Origin: Pseudomonadales bacterium
GTDB taxonomy: Bacteria; Pseudomonadota; Gammaproteobacteria; Pseudomonadales; UBA7239
Reading direction: 5' to 3'
DNA length: 64,000 bases
NCBI GenBank assembly: GCA_041395785.1
Contig: JAWKZZ010000009.1
Coordinates: 8,292 to 72,291 of the forward strand
Position 1 is the stretch's first letter. Each line of letters starts with the position of its first letter. Below the pieces are notes generated by a model, which worked only from the letters and a program-made list of their open reading frames with translations, was not told where the DNA came from and ran no database searches. Shown here piece by piece: positions 18,786 to 31,082 of this stretch. The translations under genes were made by a program, and so were the position numbers.

Positions 18786-21113
18786 GTGTTCAATACCATT
18801 GCCGTTGCGTTTGTCTGCGGCGCATTGCTGGCATTATTTCGTTTTTCTGATTTTTCTTGGGTTGCTGCAGTTGTTATTGCGGCAGCGGCAGGCTGTTGTC
18901 TGTGTGTTAGAAAGCGATGGCTGCAGTTTGTTGGTTGCCTGCTTTTGGGTTTTGTGTGGACGATAATTGATAGCCAGCGTGTTGTTGCGCAATGGTTGCC
19001 AGAATCGCATGAAGGGAAGTCTATGCTTATTACTGGGCATATACAGGACTTTCCCAGAGCAACAGATGGTGGTTGGCAGTTCGACTTTCATGCCGAAGAA
19101 CTCGGTGGAAAAATTCGACTATCGACGCGACAAGTGCAAGCTGAAAATTTCCCTGATTTTTCTTGTCGCTATCGCTTGCGCGTGAAATTAAAGCGCCCTC
19201 GTGGGTTATTAAACTTTAATCAATACGATTATCAGGCTTGGTTATTACAAGCAGGTTATCGTGCAACAGGCTATGTGCAAGCGATAGAGGCCTGTGAGTC
19301 GTATGAACCTAGTGTCTTCTTGCATTTGCGCGCGGCAATCAATGCGGCGATTAAAGGAGCCAATCTTAGTGATTATGCCAGTAGCACTTTGTCAGCCTTG
19401 CTGATAGGGAATTATGCCGATATAGACAGCGTTCAGTGGCGTGTGCTGCGCGATAGTGGAACCATCCATCTTCTCTCGGTGTCTGGCTTGCATATCGTTT
19501 TAGTGGTGGTGCTGTTTCATTTTCTCTTTAAGCGATTGATGTGTGGATTGGTGTTGCCGCTGCGCTATTGGCCGGCAGATCTGTGGGCCAGTGTTTTCTC
19601 CTTGGGTTTCGCCATTTTTTACGCGCTGATGACAGGTTTTTCTGTTGCGACGCAACGCTCTTTGATTATGGTCGCTGTGGCAGTATTACAGCGCATTGTC
19701 TATGGCAAGTTTCAACGAAAGTTTATTTTTCTCCTATCCTTATTCTTGGTTGTAATCACCAATCCATTGTTGATGTTGTCCGTCAGTTTTTGGTTTACCT
19801 TTGTGGCTACGGCGGCGTTATTACTAGCGAGCCATGTTGCGGCGCAATCGCAATCCTCATGGCAGCATCGTTATGTCATTGAACCTTTTCGTTTGCAGCT
19901 CATCATGTTTCTCGTGATGCTGCCGATATTGCTGTTCGTCTATGGCAGAGTGTCTCTGTTGTCATTGCCTTTGAATATCATTGCTGTGCCATGGGTCAGT
20001 TTTGTGTCTCTGCCCTGTGGTTTTGCAGCGTTAGCCTTGATGCCTCTATCGTCAGAACTATCAAACAATCTGTTGCAGTTATCTGCATGGTCTTTAGATA
20101 TTTATTGGCTCGCGATGCAGTGGGTGGTTGCGTGTTTTGATAGCTGGCAATGGGAATGGGGTGGCGTTAGTTTGTTAACACTGTTGCTGTCGATGATGGG
20201 TGTGTGCGGATTGTGTTTTTTGTCCTGTCGACTACGCTGGCGCATTGGATGTTTGTTGTTTTGTATGCCAATGCTGTTTTCATCCAGTATGAACTTGCCC
20301 GATCAATCTGCTGAAGTGCAAGTGTTGGATGTGGGGCAGGGGTTGGCCGTGGTTGTGCGCACGGCACGGCATGTCATGGTGTATGACACTGGTGACAAAC
20401 ATTCAGAACGCTTTGACGCTGGGCGAGATATCGTTGCTACTGCTCTCAGAAATATTCGTGCTAAACACATGAATATGTTGGTTATTAGCCATGCAGACAG
20501 CGACCATGCTGGCGGGCGGTATGGTTTGTTGGGAGAAGTTTCTGCCTTGCAGAAATGGTCTGGTACACCTGAGCAGTTGGGTGATGATGAAGGCTATTTT
20601 CCTTGCAGCGCAGGAATGCATTGGCGTTGGGATGGCGTGGATTTCAAAGTTCTGTATCCCATTGAAAATAGTGTAGATAAAAATACTACTAATAATTCTG
20701 ACAACAACAGAAGTTGCGTGCTTCAAATAGACGCTGGCGGCAAGCGCGTGTTGCTGACAGGCGATGTGGAAAAGCAAGGCGAAGATCAGCTGTTGCGTGC
20801 AGGTGTTGATGTTCGATCTGATGTGTTGATTTCACCTCACCACGGCAGTAAAACATCATCATCTATTTCATTTTTATCGGCCGTGGCAGCGAAGACTGTT
20901 GTTGTTAGTTCCGGTTATAAAAATCGCTTTCATCATCCAGCCAAGCTAGTGCAAGAGCGCTATCAACAATTTGGAATGGGCATGTTAAACACAGCAGATG
21001 TAGGTGCAGTCAAGATACGCTTGGCTGATACGGGTATTCACATAGAAAAGGCGCTGTGTGCACGGCGCACTTTCTGGCGTGAGGCAAGATACAATGCACA
21101 CTGCATTGATTGA
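18786..21113 (+). CDS. comEC: DNA internalization-related competence protein ComEC/Rec2
   Basis: 775 aa with a polytopic competence domain (HLLSVSGLHI) and a C-terminal metallo-beta-lactamase domain (VLDVGQGLAVVV...ISHADSDHAGG...SPHHGS). Confidence 0.9.
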   Translation: MFNTIAVAFVCGALLALFRFSDFSWVAAVVIAAAAGCCLCVRKRWLQFVGCLLLGFVWTIIDSQRVVAQWLPESHEGKSMLITGHIQDFPRATDGGWQFDFHAEELGGKIRLSTRQVQAENFPDFSCRYRLRVKLKRPRGLLNFNQYDYQAWLLQAGYRATGYVQAIEACESYEPSVFLHLRAAINAAIKGANLSDYASSTLSALLIGNYADIDSVQWRVLRDSGTIHLLSVSGLHIVLVVVLFHFLFKRLMCGLVLPLRYWPADLWASVFSLGFAIFYALMTGFSVATQRSLIMVAVAVLQRIVYGKFQRKFIFLLSLFLVVITNPLLMLSVSFWFTFVATAALLLASHVAAQSQSSWQHRYVIEPFRLQLIMFLVMLPILLFVYGRVSLLSLPLNIIAVPWVSFVSLPCGFAALALMPLSSELSNNLLQLSAWSLDIYWLAMQWVVACFDSWQWEWGGVSLLTLLLSMMGVCGLCFLSCRLRWRIGCLLFCMPMLFSSSMNLPDQSAEVQVLDVGQGLAVVVRTARHVMVYDTGDKHSERFDAGRDIVATALRNIRAKHMNMLVISHADSDHAGGRYGLLGEVSALQKWSGTPEQLGDDEGYFPCSAGMHWRWDGVDFKVLYPIENSVDKNTTNNSDNNRSCVLQIDAGGKRVLLTGDVEKQGEDQLLRAGVDVRSDVLISPHHGSKTSSSISFLSAVAAKTVVVSSGYKNRFHHPAKLVQERYQQFGMGMLNTADVGAVKIRLADTGIHIEKALCARRTFWREARYNAHCID

Positions 21114-21124
21114 TCGATTACCTC

Positions 21125-23014
21125 ATGATTGTTATATCCGATATTAGCTTACACCGCGGCACGCAAATCCTATTGGAGAAAGCGTCGCTGCGTATCAATC
21201 CCGGCCAGCATATTGGTATCACAGGAAGAAATGGCTGCGGAAAATCCAGCTTATTTCAGTTGTTGCAAGGTGACATTCAACTGGATGCCGGTTCTGTTTC
21301 TATGCCACCCAACTGGCGCTTGGCGCATATGGCGCAAGAGGTTTCATCCAGCGACAGAACCGCATTGGATTTTGTGTTGGATGGCGACAAAGAATTGCGG
21401 CGTGTGCAGCAAGTGATCGCGGCCGCTGAAGAAGCGCATGATAACGACGCGTTGGCACATGGTTATGCGGAGTTGGAAACGGTGCATGGTTATGACGCGC
21501 ACTATCGCGCAGAACAACTGCTGCATGGTTTGGGTTTTTTGCAGTCGCAATGTTATTTGTCAGTAAATAGTTTTTCTGGCGGTTGGCGTATTCGATTGAA
21601 TCTTGCGCAGGCTTTGATTTCTCGCTCAGATTTATTGTTATTGGATGAGCCGACCAACCACTTGGATTTAGAGGCGACGCTGTGGTTGGAGCAGTGGTTG
21701 AAGTCGTATCCAGGTACGCTGTTGATCATCTCACACGATAGAGAGTTTATGGACAATGTGGTGGATGGCATCGTGCATGTCGAAAACCAGCAGCTCAATT
21801 ACTATCGCGGCAACTATTCCAGTTTTGAAAAAATGCGCGCCATGAGGTTGGCAGAGACGCAAGCCTCTTATGACAAACAACAGCGTCGCATGGCAGAAAT
21901 TGAGGACTTCGTGCGCCGCTTTCGCGCCAAGGCATCGAAAGCTAAACAAGCGCAAAGCCGTTTAAAAGAACTGGAGCGCATGGAAACGATTTCACTGGCG
22001 CATGTGGATTCCCCATTTCATTTTGTCTTTCGCGACAGTGAAAAAACATCTTCACCGCTGTTGGTATTGCGTGATGCAGATATCGGCTACGGTGCGCCAC
22101 TGCTCAACAAGGTGCATGTCAATTTGCAACCAGGGGCGCGCATTGGTTTGCTGGGTGTGAACGGTGCAGGTAAATCCACCTTAATTAAAGCCTTGGTGGG
22201 TGATTTGCCTCTGCTGTCTGGTGAGCGCGTGACGGGTGAACATTTAGCGATTGGTTATTTTGCGCAACACCAATTAGAAGCCTTGGATATGCATGCCAGT
22301 GCGCTGCTGCATATCCAGCGCATTTCTCCGGATGCGACCGAACAAACAATTCGTAACTTTCTCGGCAGCTTTGATTTTCATGCTGACAAAGCGCTGGAGC
22401 CTATTGCGCCATTTTCCGGTGGTGAAAAAGCGCGTTTGGCCTTGGCGATGGTGGTATGGCAGCGTCCCAACTTGCTGTTGTTGGACGAACCGACCAACCA
22501 TTTGGATTTGGAAATGCGTGAAGCGCTTACAGAAGCTTTGTTGGGATACAGTGGCGCTTTGGTGGTCATTTCGCATGATCGTCATTTATTGCGCAACAGT
22601 GTCGATGAATACTGGTGTGTGCGCGATGGCATGGTGACGGAATTTGACGGCACTTTGGAGGACTATCATCGCCAACTGCATAAACAAGGCAGCGCAGAGG
22701 CTGTTGAGAAAAAAAGTGCGCCAAGTGTTGTGCAGGATAAAAAAGTACAGCGGCAAGAGTCTGCACAGTTGCGACAGTCGTTAGCGCCATTGCGCAAGCG
22801 TGCAGGGGAGCTGGAAAAAAAGATTGCAAATCAACAAAAAAAGTTATCTGATATTGAGAATGCGCTATCTGATCCAGCCTTGTATGAGGCGGCGCAAAAA
22901 AATCAATTACAGCAGACCTTGGCCGAGCAGGGTACTTTGCGCAAACAAGTAGAAGATTGGGAAGCTGAGTGGTTTGCGTTGCAGGAACAGCTAGAAAAAA
23001 CCAGCAATGAATAG
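21125..23014 (+). CDS. yheS: ABC-F family ATPase, YheS-like
   Basis: It has two ABC cassettes (GRNGCGKSS and GVNGAGKST; FSGGWRIRLNLAQAL and FSGGEKARLALA), the inter-domain linker RFRAKASKAKQAQSRLKELERM, and a coiled-coil tail. There are no TM segments. It is collinear with my recollection of E. coli YheS. Confidence 0.88.
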   Translation: MIVISDISLHRGTQILLEKASLRINPGQHIGITGRNGCGKSSLFQLLQGDIQLDAGSVSMPPNWRLAHMAQEVSSSDRTALDFVLDGDKELRRVQQVIAAAEEAHDNDALAHGYAELETVHGYDAHYRAEQLLHGLGFLQSQCYLSVNSFSGGWRIRLNLAQALISRSDLLLLDEPTNHLDLEATLWLEQWLKSYPGTLLIISHDREFMDNVVDGIVHVENQQLNYYRGNYSSFEKMRAMRLAETQASYDKQQRRMAEIEDFVRRFRAKASKAKQAQSRLKELERMETISLAHVDSPFHFVFRDSEKTSSPLLVLRDADIGYGAPLLNKVHVNLQPGARIGLLGVNGAGKSTLIKALVGDLPLLSGERVTGEHLAIGYFAQHQLEALDMHASALLHIQRISPDATEQTIRNFLGSFDFHADKALEPIAPFSGGEKARLALAMVVWQRPNLLLLDEPTNHLDLEMREALTEALLGYSGALVVISHDRHLLRNSVDEYWCVRDGMVTEFDGTLEDYHRQLHKQGSAEAVEKKSAPSVVQDKKVQRQESAQLRQSLAPLRKRAGELEKKIANQQKKLSDIENALSDPALYEAAQKNQLQQTLAEQGTLRKQVEDWEAEWFALQEQLEKTSNE

Positions 23015-23029
23015 GTGAGGGATATAAAA

Positions 23030-24231
23030 ATGACCAATACAGAACTGCATAAATGTTTCTCAAAAGCCGAGTTAAATGGCTTGTCCTTGCGCAACCGCAT
23101 TATCAAAGCAGGAACTTTTGAAGGAAAAACGCCGCATGGTTTGCCGTCACCGGAGTTGACAGAGCTGCACCGCCGTATAGGTGAAGGCGGCACCGGCATG
23201 ACGACGATTGCTTACTGCGCGGCTGAAAATAATGGTCGTTTACACGCTGACATGATGTACATGGACGAATATGTGCGTGAACCCTTGTCGCAAATGATTG
23301 CTACCATCAAAACAACGGGTGCCAAAGTTTCTGGCCAGTTGTCGCACGCAGGTGCCATGACAAAAAATTCAGAAATGGACGGTTGGATAGCAAAGAGTGC
23401 ATCGTTTGGCCCTAATTTATTGGGCATGGCTTACGGTCGTTTGCTTTCGGTGGGGATGACGCGTCCACAATTGCGTGAACGCGCACAAGTGATGGCGCGC
23501 GCTGCCGCGTTTATGCGTTCGGTGGGTTTTGATGCTATCGAAATTCATTTTGGTCACGGCTACGGCTTGAGTCAGTTTATGTCACCGATTACCAATCGTC
23601 GCAGCGATGAATACGGCGGCAGTGTAGCAAATCGCATGCGTTTTCCATTAGAAGTGTTGGCTGCGGTGCGCAAAGCTGTTGGCAGCGATTTTCCGTTGTT
23701 GGGGAAGATCAGCATGTCGGATGGTGTGCGCGGTGGCACCACTTACGAACAATCTTTAGAAATGACAGGCATGTTGGATGATGCAGGTTTAGACTGCATT
23801 ATTCCCAGCGATGGCACTAGCTCCATGAACCCAATGATGATTTTTCAGGGTGACAGCATTCAGCCGGGTTTGTTGGAGCACGAAACCAACCCGCTGATGA
23901 AAGTGGCGCTGAAAGCGATTGGTGGAAAATTATTTCGTCATTACCCCTATCACGAAACTTACTTATTGGAGCACGCGCTGCGTATTCGTGAGCGTGTCAA
24001 AAAGGTAGCGTCTGTTATGTGGGTGGTGTGGATAGCAATGCGGCGATTGCGCGCGTGATGAGTGCAGGGTTTGATTTTATTCAGCTTGGCAGGCCGTTGT
24101 TGTTTGATCCGGATTTTGTCAAACACGCGCAGGCCGATGAAAACTATGTCAACGGCTGCACGCATTGCAATCAATGTGCAGGTTTAATTGAAGCGCCAGG
24201 CGGGATTCGCTGTACCGTGCGTCAAGCGTAA
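23030..24231 (+). pseudogene. NADH:flavin oxidoreductase (Old Yellow Enzyme family), split by one frameshift
   Basis: ORF 23015..24058 carries IEIHFGHGYGLSQFMSPITNRRSDEYGGSVANRMRF. The C-terminus continues in the +2 frame as QKGSVCYVGGVDSNAAIARVMSAGFDFIQLGRPLLFDPDF (ORF 24019..24231). The junction is at the A5 run 23999-24003. Confidence 0.8.
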
Positions 24232-24234
24232 TAT

Positions 24235-25308
24235 TTAACGATAAATGCGCGGCACGCGCGAAGAAATGGCAGTCAATAATTGATAAGCAATGCTGCCAGC
24301 TGCTTGCGCAACTTCTGTTACGGGAATTGTATTTCCCCACAATTCCACATAATCACCGATTGCCGGTAGTGCGGATAAATCCGTGCAGTCAATCGCAATG
24401 GTATCCATTGAAACGCGGCCAATTACCGGTGCGCGTTCGCCGTTGACAGCAATAGCACTGTGATTGAGTGCCGTGATTGGATAACCGTCGGCATAACCGG
24501 CGGCAACAAAAGCAACTTGTGATTCGCGTGCTGCGCGCCAGTGTTGGTTGTAGCCTGTGGCCTCTCCGGCGGGTATGGTGCGCGTGCCGATTACTTGTGC
24601 TTCCAATTGCATCACGGCTTGTAAATTGTGCGATGTGTTTTCTAGCGGATTGATGCCGTACATCATCAATCCTGGGCGCAGCCAACCGCGCCTTGCGGCG
24701 GGCCACGCCAAAATGCCGGCAGAGTTGGCGAGGCTGTGGTTGTCGAGCAATAAATGGTTGGTGTGTTGTTCGTAGCAGTGAATTTGCTCGACCGTTGTAT
24801 TTTTATCGGGTTCATCAGCGCAGGAAAAATGTGTCATGCCGATGATTTCATCACACCAAGACAACGCGCGCAGTTGTTGGTAGGCGTCGGCATACTGCTC
24901 CGGCAAAAAACCGAGGCGGTGCATGCCGCTATCCATTTTTAACCAAAAGTTTGTTTTATGTGCTGCTTGATAATGAAAATTGGAGAGCAGTAATAGATGC
25001 GCGGGATCGTGCACAACAATATCCAAGTGCAGCGCAATCGCTTCGGATAATTCCGCTGAATTGCTCACGCCGCACATCAACATTAAGCGTCCTTGGTATC
25101 CTGCTGTGCGCAAAACTTTTGCTTCTTCCAAACGCGCAACGGCCAGTGCATCGCTGTGCTGCGTAACGGCGGGCAGCAAGCCCACTGCACCGTGACCGTA
25201 AGCATCGGCCTTTACGATGGCGAGAGTGAGGCTATTCGGCACCAACTGGCGAATGGAGGTGAGGTTGTGAGCGAAAGCGGCAGTGTTGATGAGGGCGCGG
25301 GTTTTCAT
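24235..25308 (-). CDS. alr: Alanine racemase
   Basis: It has the PLP-lysine context AIVKADAYGHG and the C-terminal barrel motif GYADGYP. Met at 25308 (MKTRALINT) gives about 357 aa. The 40-aa upstream extension in the ORF track overlaps the neighbouring gene's promoter region. Confidence 0.9.
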   Translation of the reverse strand: MKTRALINTAAFAHNLTSIRQLVPNSLTLAIVKADAYGHGAVGLLPAVTQHSDALAVARLEEAKVLRTAGYQGRLMLMCGVSNSAELSEAIALHLDIVVHDPAHLLLLSNFHYQAAHKTNFWLKMDSGMHRLGFLPEQYADAYQQLRALSWCDEIIGMTHFSCADEPDKNTTVEQIHCYEQHTNHLLLDNHSLANSAGILAWPAARRGWLRPGLMMYGINPLENTSHNLQAVMQLEAQVIGTRTIPAGEATGYNQHWRAARESQVAFVAAGYADGYPITALNHSAIAVNGERAPVIGRVSMDTIAIDCTDLSALPAIGDYVELWGNTIPVTEVAQAAGSIAYQLLTAISSRVPRIYR

Positions 25309-25391
25309 GTGTGCAACGATCAATGATTCCGTTCCATGATACTGACTTGCTGCTAGACTGACGAGCGAAACACGGGCAGGAGCAGGCAGAA

Positions 25392-26291
25392 ATGTCGAAA
25401 CACTTTGGCAGCAAACTGGTGATCGCAATTTCCTCGCGCGCGCTATTTGATTTGGATGCCAGCCACGCCATTTACGAGCGCGAGGGCTTGGCAGCCTATG
25501 CCGCGCATCAAGTTGCCAATGAAGACAATCCGCTGCAACCCGGCGGCGCTTTTCCCTTGGTGCGCAAATTGTTGGCTATCAACGAGCAGCTCGGCGGAGA
25601 GCCGCGGGTGGAAGTGATCCTGTTGTCGCGCAATACCGCCGATACAGGTTTACGCATTTTTAACTCGATACAGCATTACCAACTGCCCATCGTGCGCGCA
25701 GCTTTTTGCGGCGGGCACTCACCGTATCCCTACGCCACGGCATTTGGCTGCCATTTGTTTCTTTCGACGGAAGCGGAAGATGTGCGTTTAGCGCTGGAAA
25801 ATGGGTTGGCGGCAGCGACATTGCTGCCATCCTCCAATCAACAGCAAGAGGGCGGCGAAATTCGTTTTGCGTTTGACGGCGATGCCGTTATTTTTTCTGA
25901 CGAAGCAGAACGCATTTACAAAACACGTGGATTGGATGCGTTTGCCGCCAGTGAAAAAGCGGCCGCGCACGAGCCTTTGTCGGGTGGCCCGTTCAAGCCA
26001 TTTTTACAAGCCTTGCAAAGTCTGCAGACGGAATTTCCCAACGATACCTGCCCCATTCGCACAGCCTTGGTGACGGCGCGTTCTGCGCCGGCACACGAAA
26101 GGGTGATACGCACGCTGCGCGCTTGGCAGATTCGTATTGATGAGTCATTGTTCCTCGGCGGTTTGGCGAAAGGTGAATTTTTGCGCGCTTATGGTGCTGA
26201 TGTATTTTTTGACGATCAACAGGGGCACTGCGATTCCGCCTCGCAGCATGTGCCGACAGGGCATGTGCCACACGGTGTTGCCAACGAATAA
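25392..26291 (+). CDS. 5'-nucleotidase family protein (cN-IA-like, PF06189-type)
   Basis: KLVIAISSRALFDL...FAFDGDAVIFSDEAERIY...IRTALVTARSAPAHERVIRTLRAW...FLGGL.KGEFL...FFDDQ resembles the bacterial 5'-nucleotidase family from memory. This was not verified by a search. Confidence 0.6.
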   Translation: MSKHFGSKLVIAISSRALFDLDASHAIYEREGLAAYAAHQVANEDNPLQPGGAFPLVRKLLAINEQLGGEPRVEVILLSRNTADTGLRIFNSIQHYQLPIVRAAFCGGHSPYPYATAFGCHLFLSTEAEDVRLALENGLAAATLLPSSNQQQEGGEIRFAFDGDAVIFSDEAERIYKTRGLDAFAASEKAAAHEPLSGGPFKPFLQALQSLQTEFPNDTCPIRTALVTARSAPAHERVIRTLRAWQIRIDESLFLGGLAKGEFLRAYGADVFFDDQQGHCDSASQHVPTGHVPHGVANE

Positions 26292-26315
26292 TTTAATCAA
26301 AAAAAGAATGCGGTT

Positions 26316-27290
26316 ATGAAGCTACAGCAATTGCGCTACATCGTGGAGGTTTCGCGCCAAGGGTTGAATATTTCCTCGGCAGCAGAGAAGCTGCACACCT
26401 CGCAGCCTGGCATCAGCAAACAAATTCGTTTGTTGGAAGATGAGTTGGGCGTGGAAATTTTTACTCGCAGTGGCAAACATCTCACGCATGTGACGCAAGC
26501 GGGGGAAATGATTTTGCGGGAAGCGGAGGAAATATTGCGCCGCGCAAACAGCCTGCGTCAGATTGCACAGGAATTTAATGACCCTAGCTGCGGCAGCTTG
26601 AGTATCGCCACCACGCACACACAAGCGCGTTATGCACTGCCTGCGGTGATTAACGATTTCATTCGGCAATACCCCAATATTGCGATGCACATTCACCAAG
26701 GGACGCCGATGCAAATTGCGCAAATGGTGGCGGAAGGGCAGGTGGATATGGCGATTGCAACCGAAGCGATGGAGCAGTTCCCTGAATTGATTACGCTGCC
26801 GTGCTATCGCTGGAATCGCTGTGTGTTGGTGCCAAAAAATCACCCACTGTGTGCAGAGTCATCGTTATCATTAGCGGCGATTGCACAGTATCCCATCGTG
26901 ACTTATGTGTCGGGTTTTACAGGGCGCTCGAAACAAGACGCGGCTTTTTTGCGTGAAAATTTAGTGCCACAAGTAGTGTTCACGGCAACGGATGCCGATG
27001 TGATTAAAACCTATGTGCGCTTGGGTTTGGGTATAGGCATCATCGCACACATGGCATTTGATACGGCAGTCGACAGTGATTTGGTGGCGCTGGATGCCAG
27101 TCATTTATTCGAACCGAGCGTAACCCGTTTGGGTATACGGCGCGGCACTTTTATTCGCAGTTACATGTACGATTTTATTGCGCATTTTGCGCCGCATCTC
27201 GATAAAGCACGAGTGGTTGCTGCCTCGCAACAAACCACAGCAGAAGAAAGAGCGGCGTTGTTTTTCGATGTCAATTTACCTGTGCGTTGA
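26316..27290 (+). CDS. cysB: LysR-family transcriptional regulator CysB
   Basis: The N-terminus MKLQQLRYIVEVSRQGLNISSAAEKLHTSQPGISKQIRLLEDELGVEIFTRSGKHLTHVT is near-identical in pattern to CysB/Cbl. Length is 324 aa. Confidence 0.9.
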   Translation: MKLQQLRYIVEVSRQGLNISSAAEKLHTSQPGISKQIRLLEDELGVEIFTRSGKHLTHVTQAGEMILREAEEILRRANSLRQIAQEFNDPSCGSLSIATTHTQARYALPAVINDFIRQYPNIAMHIHQGTPMQIAQMVAEGQVDMAIATEAMEQFPELITLPCYRWNRCVLVPKNHPLCAESSLSLAAIAQYPIVTYVSGFTGRSKQDAAFLRENLVPQVVFTATDADVIKTYVRLGLGIGIIAHMAFDTAVDSDLVALDASHLFEPSVTRLGIRRGTFIRSYMYDFIAHFAPHLDKARVVAASQQTTAEERAALFFDVNLPVR

Positions 27291-27293
27291 GGC

Positions 27294-29131
27294 TTAACGC
27301 ACGGCAGCTTTGCACTCCCAGCAGCGTACATAAATATGGTTGGGATCGTTAAAGCGTTGCAAGCTGTTCAAGCTTTGCAGTGCAGGCAAACGCGCTACAG
27401 TTTGCGCCCATTGCACCAATGGTTTTGGCAACAGCGAAGCGTTGAGCAATTCTCTCTTGAACGATTCCCAAGGGCTGAGTTCTGGCTCGATAAAATCGGG
27501 TTCGTATTGTTTGAGATTAGCTAAGCGAGCAGCAGCACCAATGGCATCATCCAATTCGCCGATATGATCGACTAAACCCAACTGGTGTGCATGTTTGCCG
27601 GTCCATACGCGACCTTGTGCAACTTGGTCGATCACTTCCGGTGTGCGCTTTCTGCCTTGTGCCACCAAGCGCAAAAATTCGGTGTAAGTAAAATCAACGC
27701 CTTGCTGAATGACGCGCGCAGCCAGCGGACTGATGGGTCTATCTATTTGTTGTGCTGCCGAGTCGGTGAGCGCGTGTGTGCCATAACCGTCGCTGTGTAC
27801 ACCCCATCGGCTCAATGTATTTTCGAGTGTGGGAACGATGCCGAACACGCCAATCGAGCCGGTAATCGTCGTAGCGGAAGCCCAAATTTCATTCGCGCTG
27901 GCGGCGATCCAATAACCGCCGGATGCCGCAACACCACTCATGGATGCAACCACCGGTTTTCCGGCTGCTTGCGCAGCAGCCAGTTCGCTGCGAATGAGTT
28001 CTGCGGCAAAGGCGCTGCCTCCTGGGCTGTCGATGCGCAGCACAATGGCGGCCGTTTTTTTGTCTTCCCACGCAGCGCGGATTAAGGCGACTAATGTTTC
28101 GGATCCAACGGTGCCGGACGGTTGATAGCCGTCGACGATTTCACCGCTCGCTTGGATCACGGCAATTTTTTGGGTGTTTTCGATCAGCCGGCTCGGCTCT
28201 TTGCGTTCCATTGTTACGCGATAGTAAGTATCGCTATCCACGGTGTTGGGTTCATCGCTGCCAGCGAGTGCGTGTATGGCTTTTTCCGCTTCTTGTCGTG
28301 TAGCGAGTACATCCACCAAGCCGTATTGCAGTGCCAGCTTGGCGGCATGGTTGTTATTTTGTGCCAATAGCACATCTTGTTGATTGATAAAATTGTCTAC
28401 GCCACCAGCAGACAGTTTGCGGCGTTGCTCAATGGTGCTGCGATAAAAACTCCACTGTTCATTGATCCATTGTGCTAAGTTTTCACGCGCTTCTGGCGAC
28501 ATATCGTTGCGTAAAAACGGTTCGACAAAAGATTTAAATTGTCCGGCGCGAAACACATGCACATTAATTGCCAAGGAGTCGAGCAAATCTTTCAAATAAC
28601 TTTGATAAGCACCAAAACCGTAAAGTTGCACGCTGCCCATCGGGTTGAGATAGATTTTGTCAGCGACACTGGCAAGGTAGTATTGGCCTTGGCTGAAGTT
28701 GTCGCCCACCGCAATGACAGGTTTTTTGCTCTCTTTGAAAGAGTTGATCGCCTGTGTGATGGCATCCAACTTACTTAAATCTGCACCTTCGAGATTGTCT
28801 GTTTGGATGACGATGCCTTTAATTTTTTTGTCGTGTTGCGCCCAGCGAATGGCAGAGGTGATTTCATGCAGCACGCTTTCTTCTGGAATTTCTTCGTCTA
28901 TAGACTGCATGAGCGTGCTAAAAGAATCGTCGTAGCTGCGCTGTTCAACAAGGGTTCTGCCTGGTTGCACATACAGCAGCGTGTCATTTTTTAAAACAAC
29001 TTTGTTTCCATCGTGCAGCAAGGCAACTGTGACAAACAACACGATAACCAATAGTAATAAGTTGGCTAGTATTTGCCGCAACCAAGTCAACGCATGCCAA
29101 GGCCAGAAAAATAAACAGGTGAAGAGTTTTT

Positions 29132-29135
<4 letters not shown>
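27294..29135 (-). CDS. sppA: Signal peptide peptidase SppA (67K type)
   Basis: It has two ClpP/crotonase-like repeats and the SGGYW catalytic Ser context (AASGGYWIAASA). Met at 29135 (MKKLFTCLFFWPW) gives about 613 aa. The longer ORF-track start overlaps the upstream gene. Confidence 0.9.
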
Positions 29136-30425
<1,290 letters not shown>

Positions 30426-30498
30426 AGTCGAATCAACTTGGTAAGTTAGTGATGCAGTTCACAAAAACACACTTACAACGGGACTGCTCAAGGGGGGA

Positions 30499-30978
30499 AT
30501 GACCATGTTAATGGATAAACGAATGTCACGCTTTACTCTGATAGCAGCTGTAGCACTTTTGTTCTCAGCGTGTAGCAAAGAGCCGCCGCCGGCAGTGTTA
30601 AACAGTATTGAAGGTAATGTTATTCAGCCTGCAGATTGGAAGGGTAAGTGGGTGTATATCAATTATTGGGCCGAGTGGTGTAAGCCCTGTGCGGAAGAAA
30701 TTCCTGAGCTGAATAAATTTGCTGCTGCACGCCAAAATGTCATGGTTGTCGGCGTCAATTTTGATAACCCTGATTCAGTTGTTGCTCTGCAGCAGATGAA
30801 CAAAATGCGGATTGATTTTGCCGTGGTTACCAATGACAGCGCACAAGCAGTATTTCCCCATACCGTACCGCAAGGTTTGCCGGGAACAATCGTAATCAAC
30901 CCAGAAGGGAAGATTGTGCGCACCTTGCAAGGGCCGCAAACGGAATCCAGTTTGCTGCAAGCGCAAACCAGCCAGTAG
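30499..30978 (+). CDS. TlpA/redoxin-family thiol:disulfide oxidoreductase lipoprotein
   Basis: It has a lipobox (LLFSAC), the thioredoxin motif WAEWCKPC, and a cis-Pro context LPGTIVI. Confidence 0.8.
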   Translation: MTMLMDKRMSRFTLIAAVALLFSACSKEPPPAVLNSIEGNVIQPADWKGKWVYINYWAEWCKPCAEEIPELNKFAAARQNVMVVGVNFDNPDSVVALQQMNKMRIDFAVVTNDSAQAVFPHTVPQGLPGTIVINPEGKIVRTLQGPQTESSLLQAQTSQ

Positions 30979-31082
30979 CGATCAGCAGCCGAGGTAGGCT
31001 GCTTTCACAGCGGGGTTGAGGTAAAAGTTCGGCCTTTGGGGTCGTAATAAAAGGACTTGCCTTTCTGTGCAGCTCTGTTTCC

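Noticed and set aside
30984-31006. Hairpin AGCAGCC-GAGGTA-GGCTGCT after the tlpA-like gene as a terminator
   Set aside because: It has only a 7-bp stem and a very weak T-tail (TTTC). It is plausible but not convincing.
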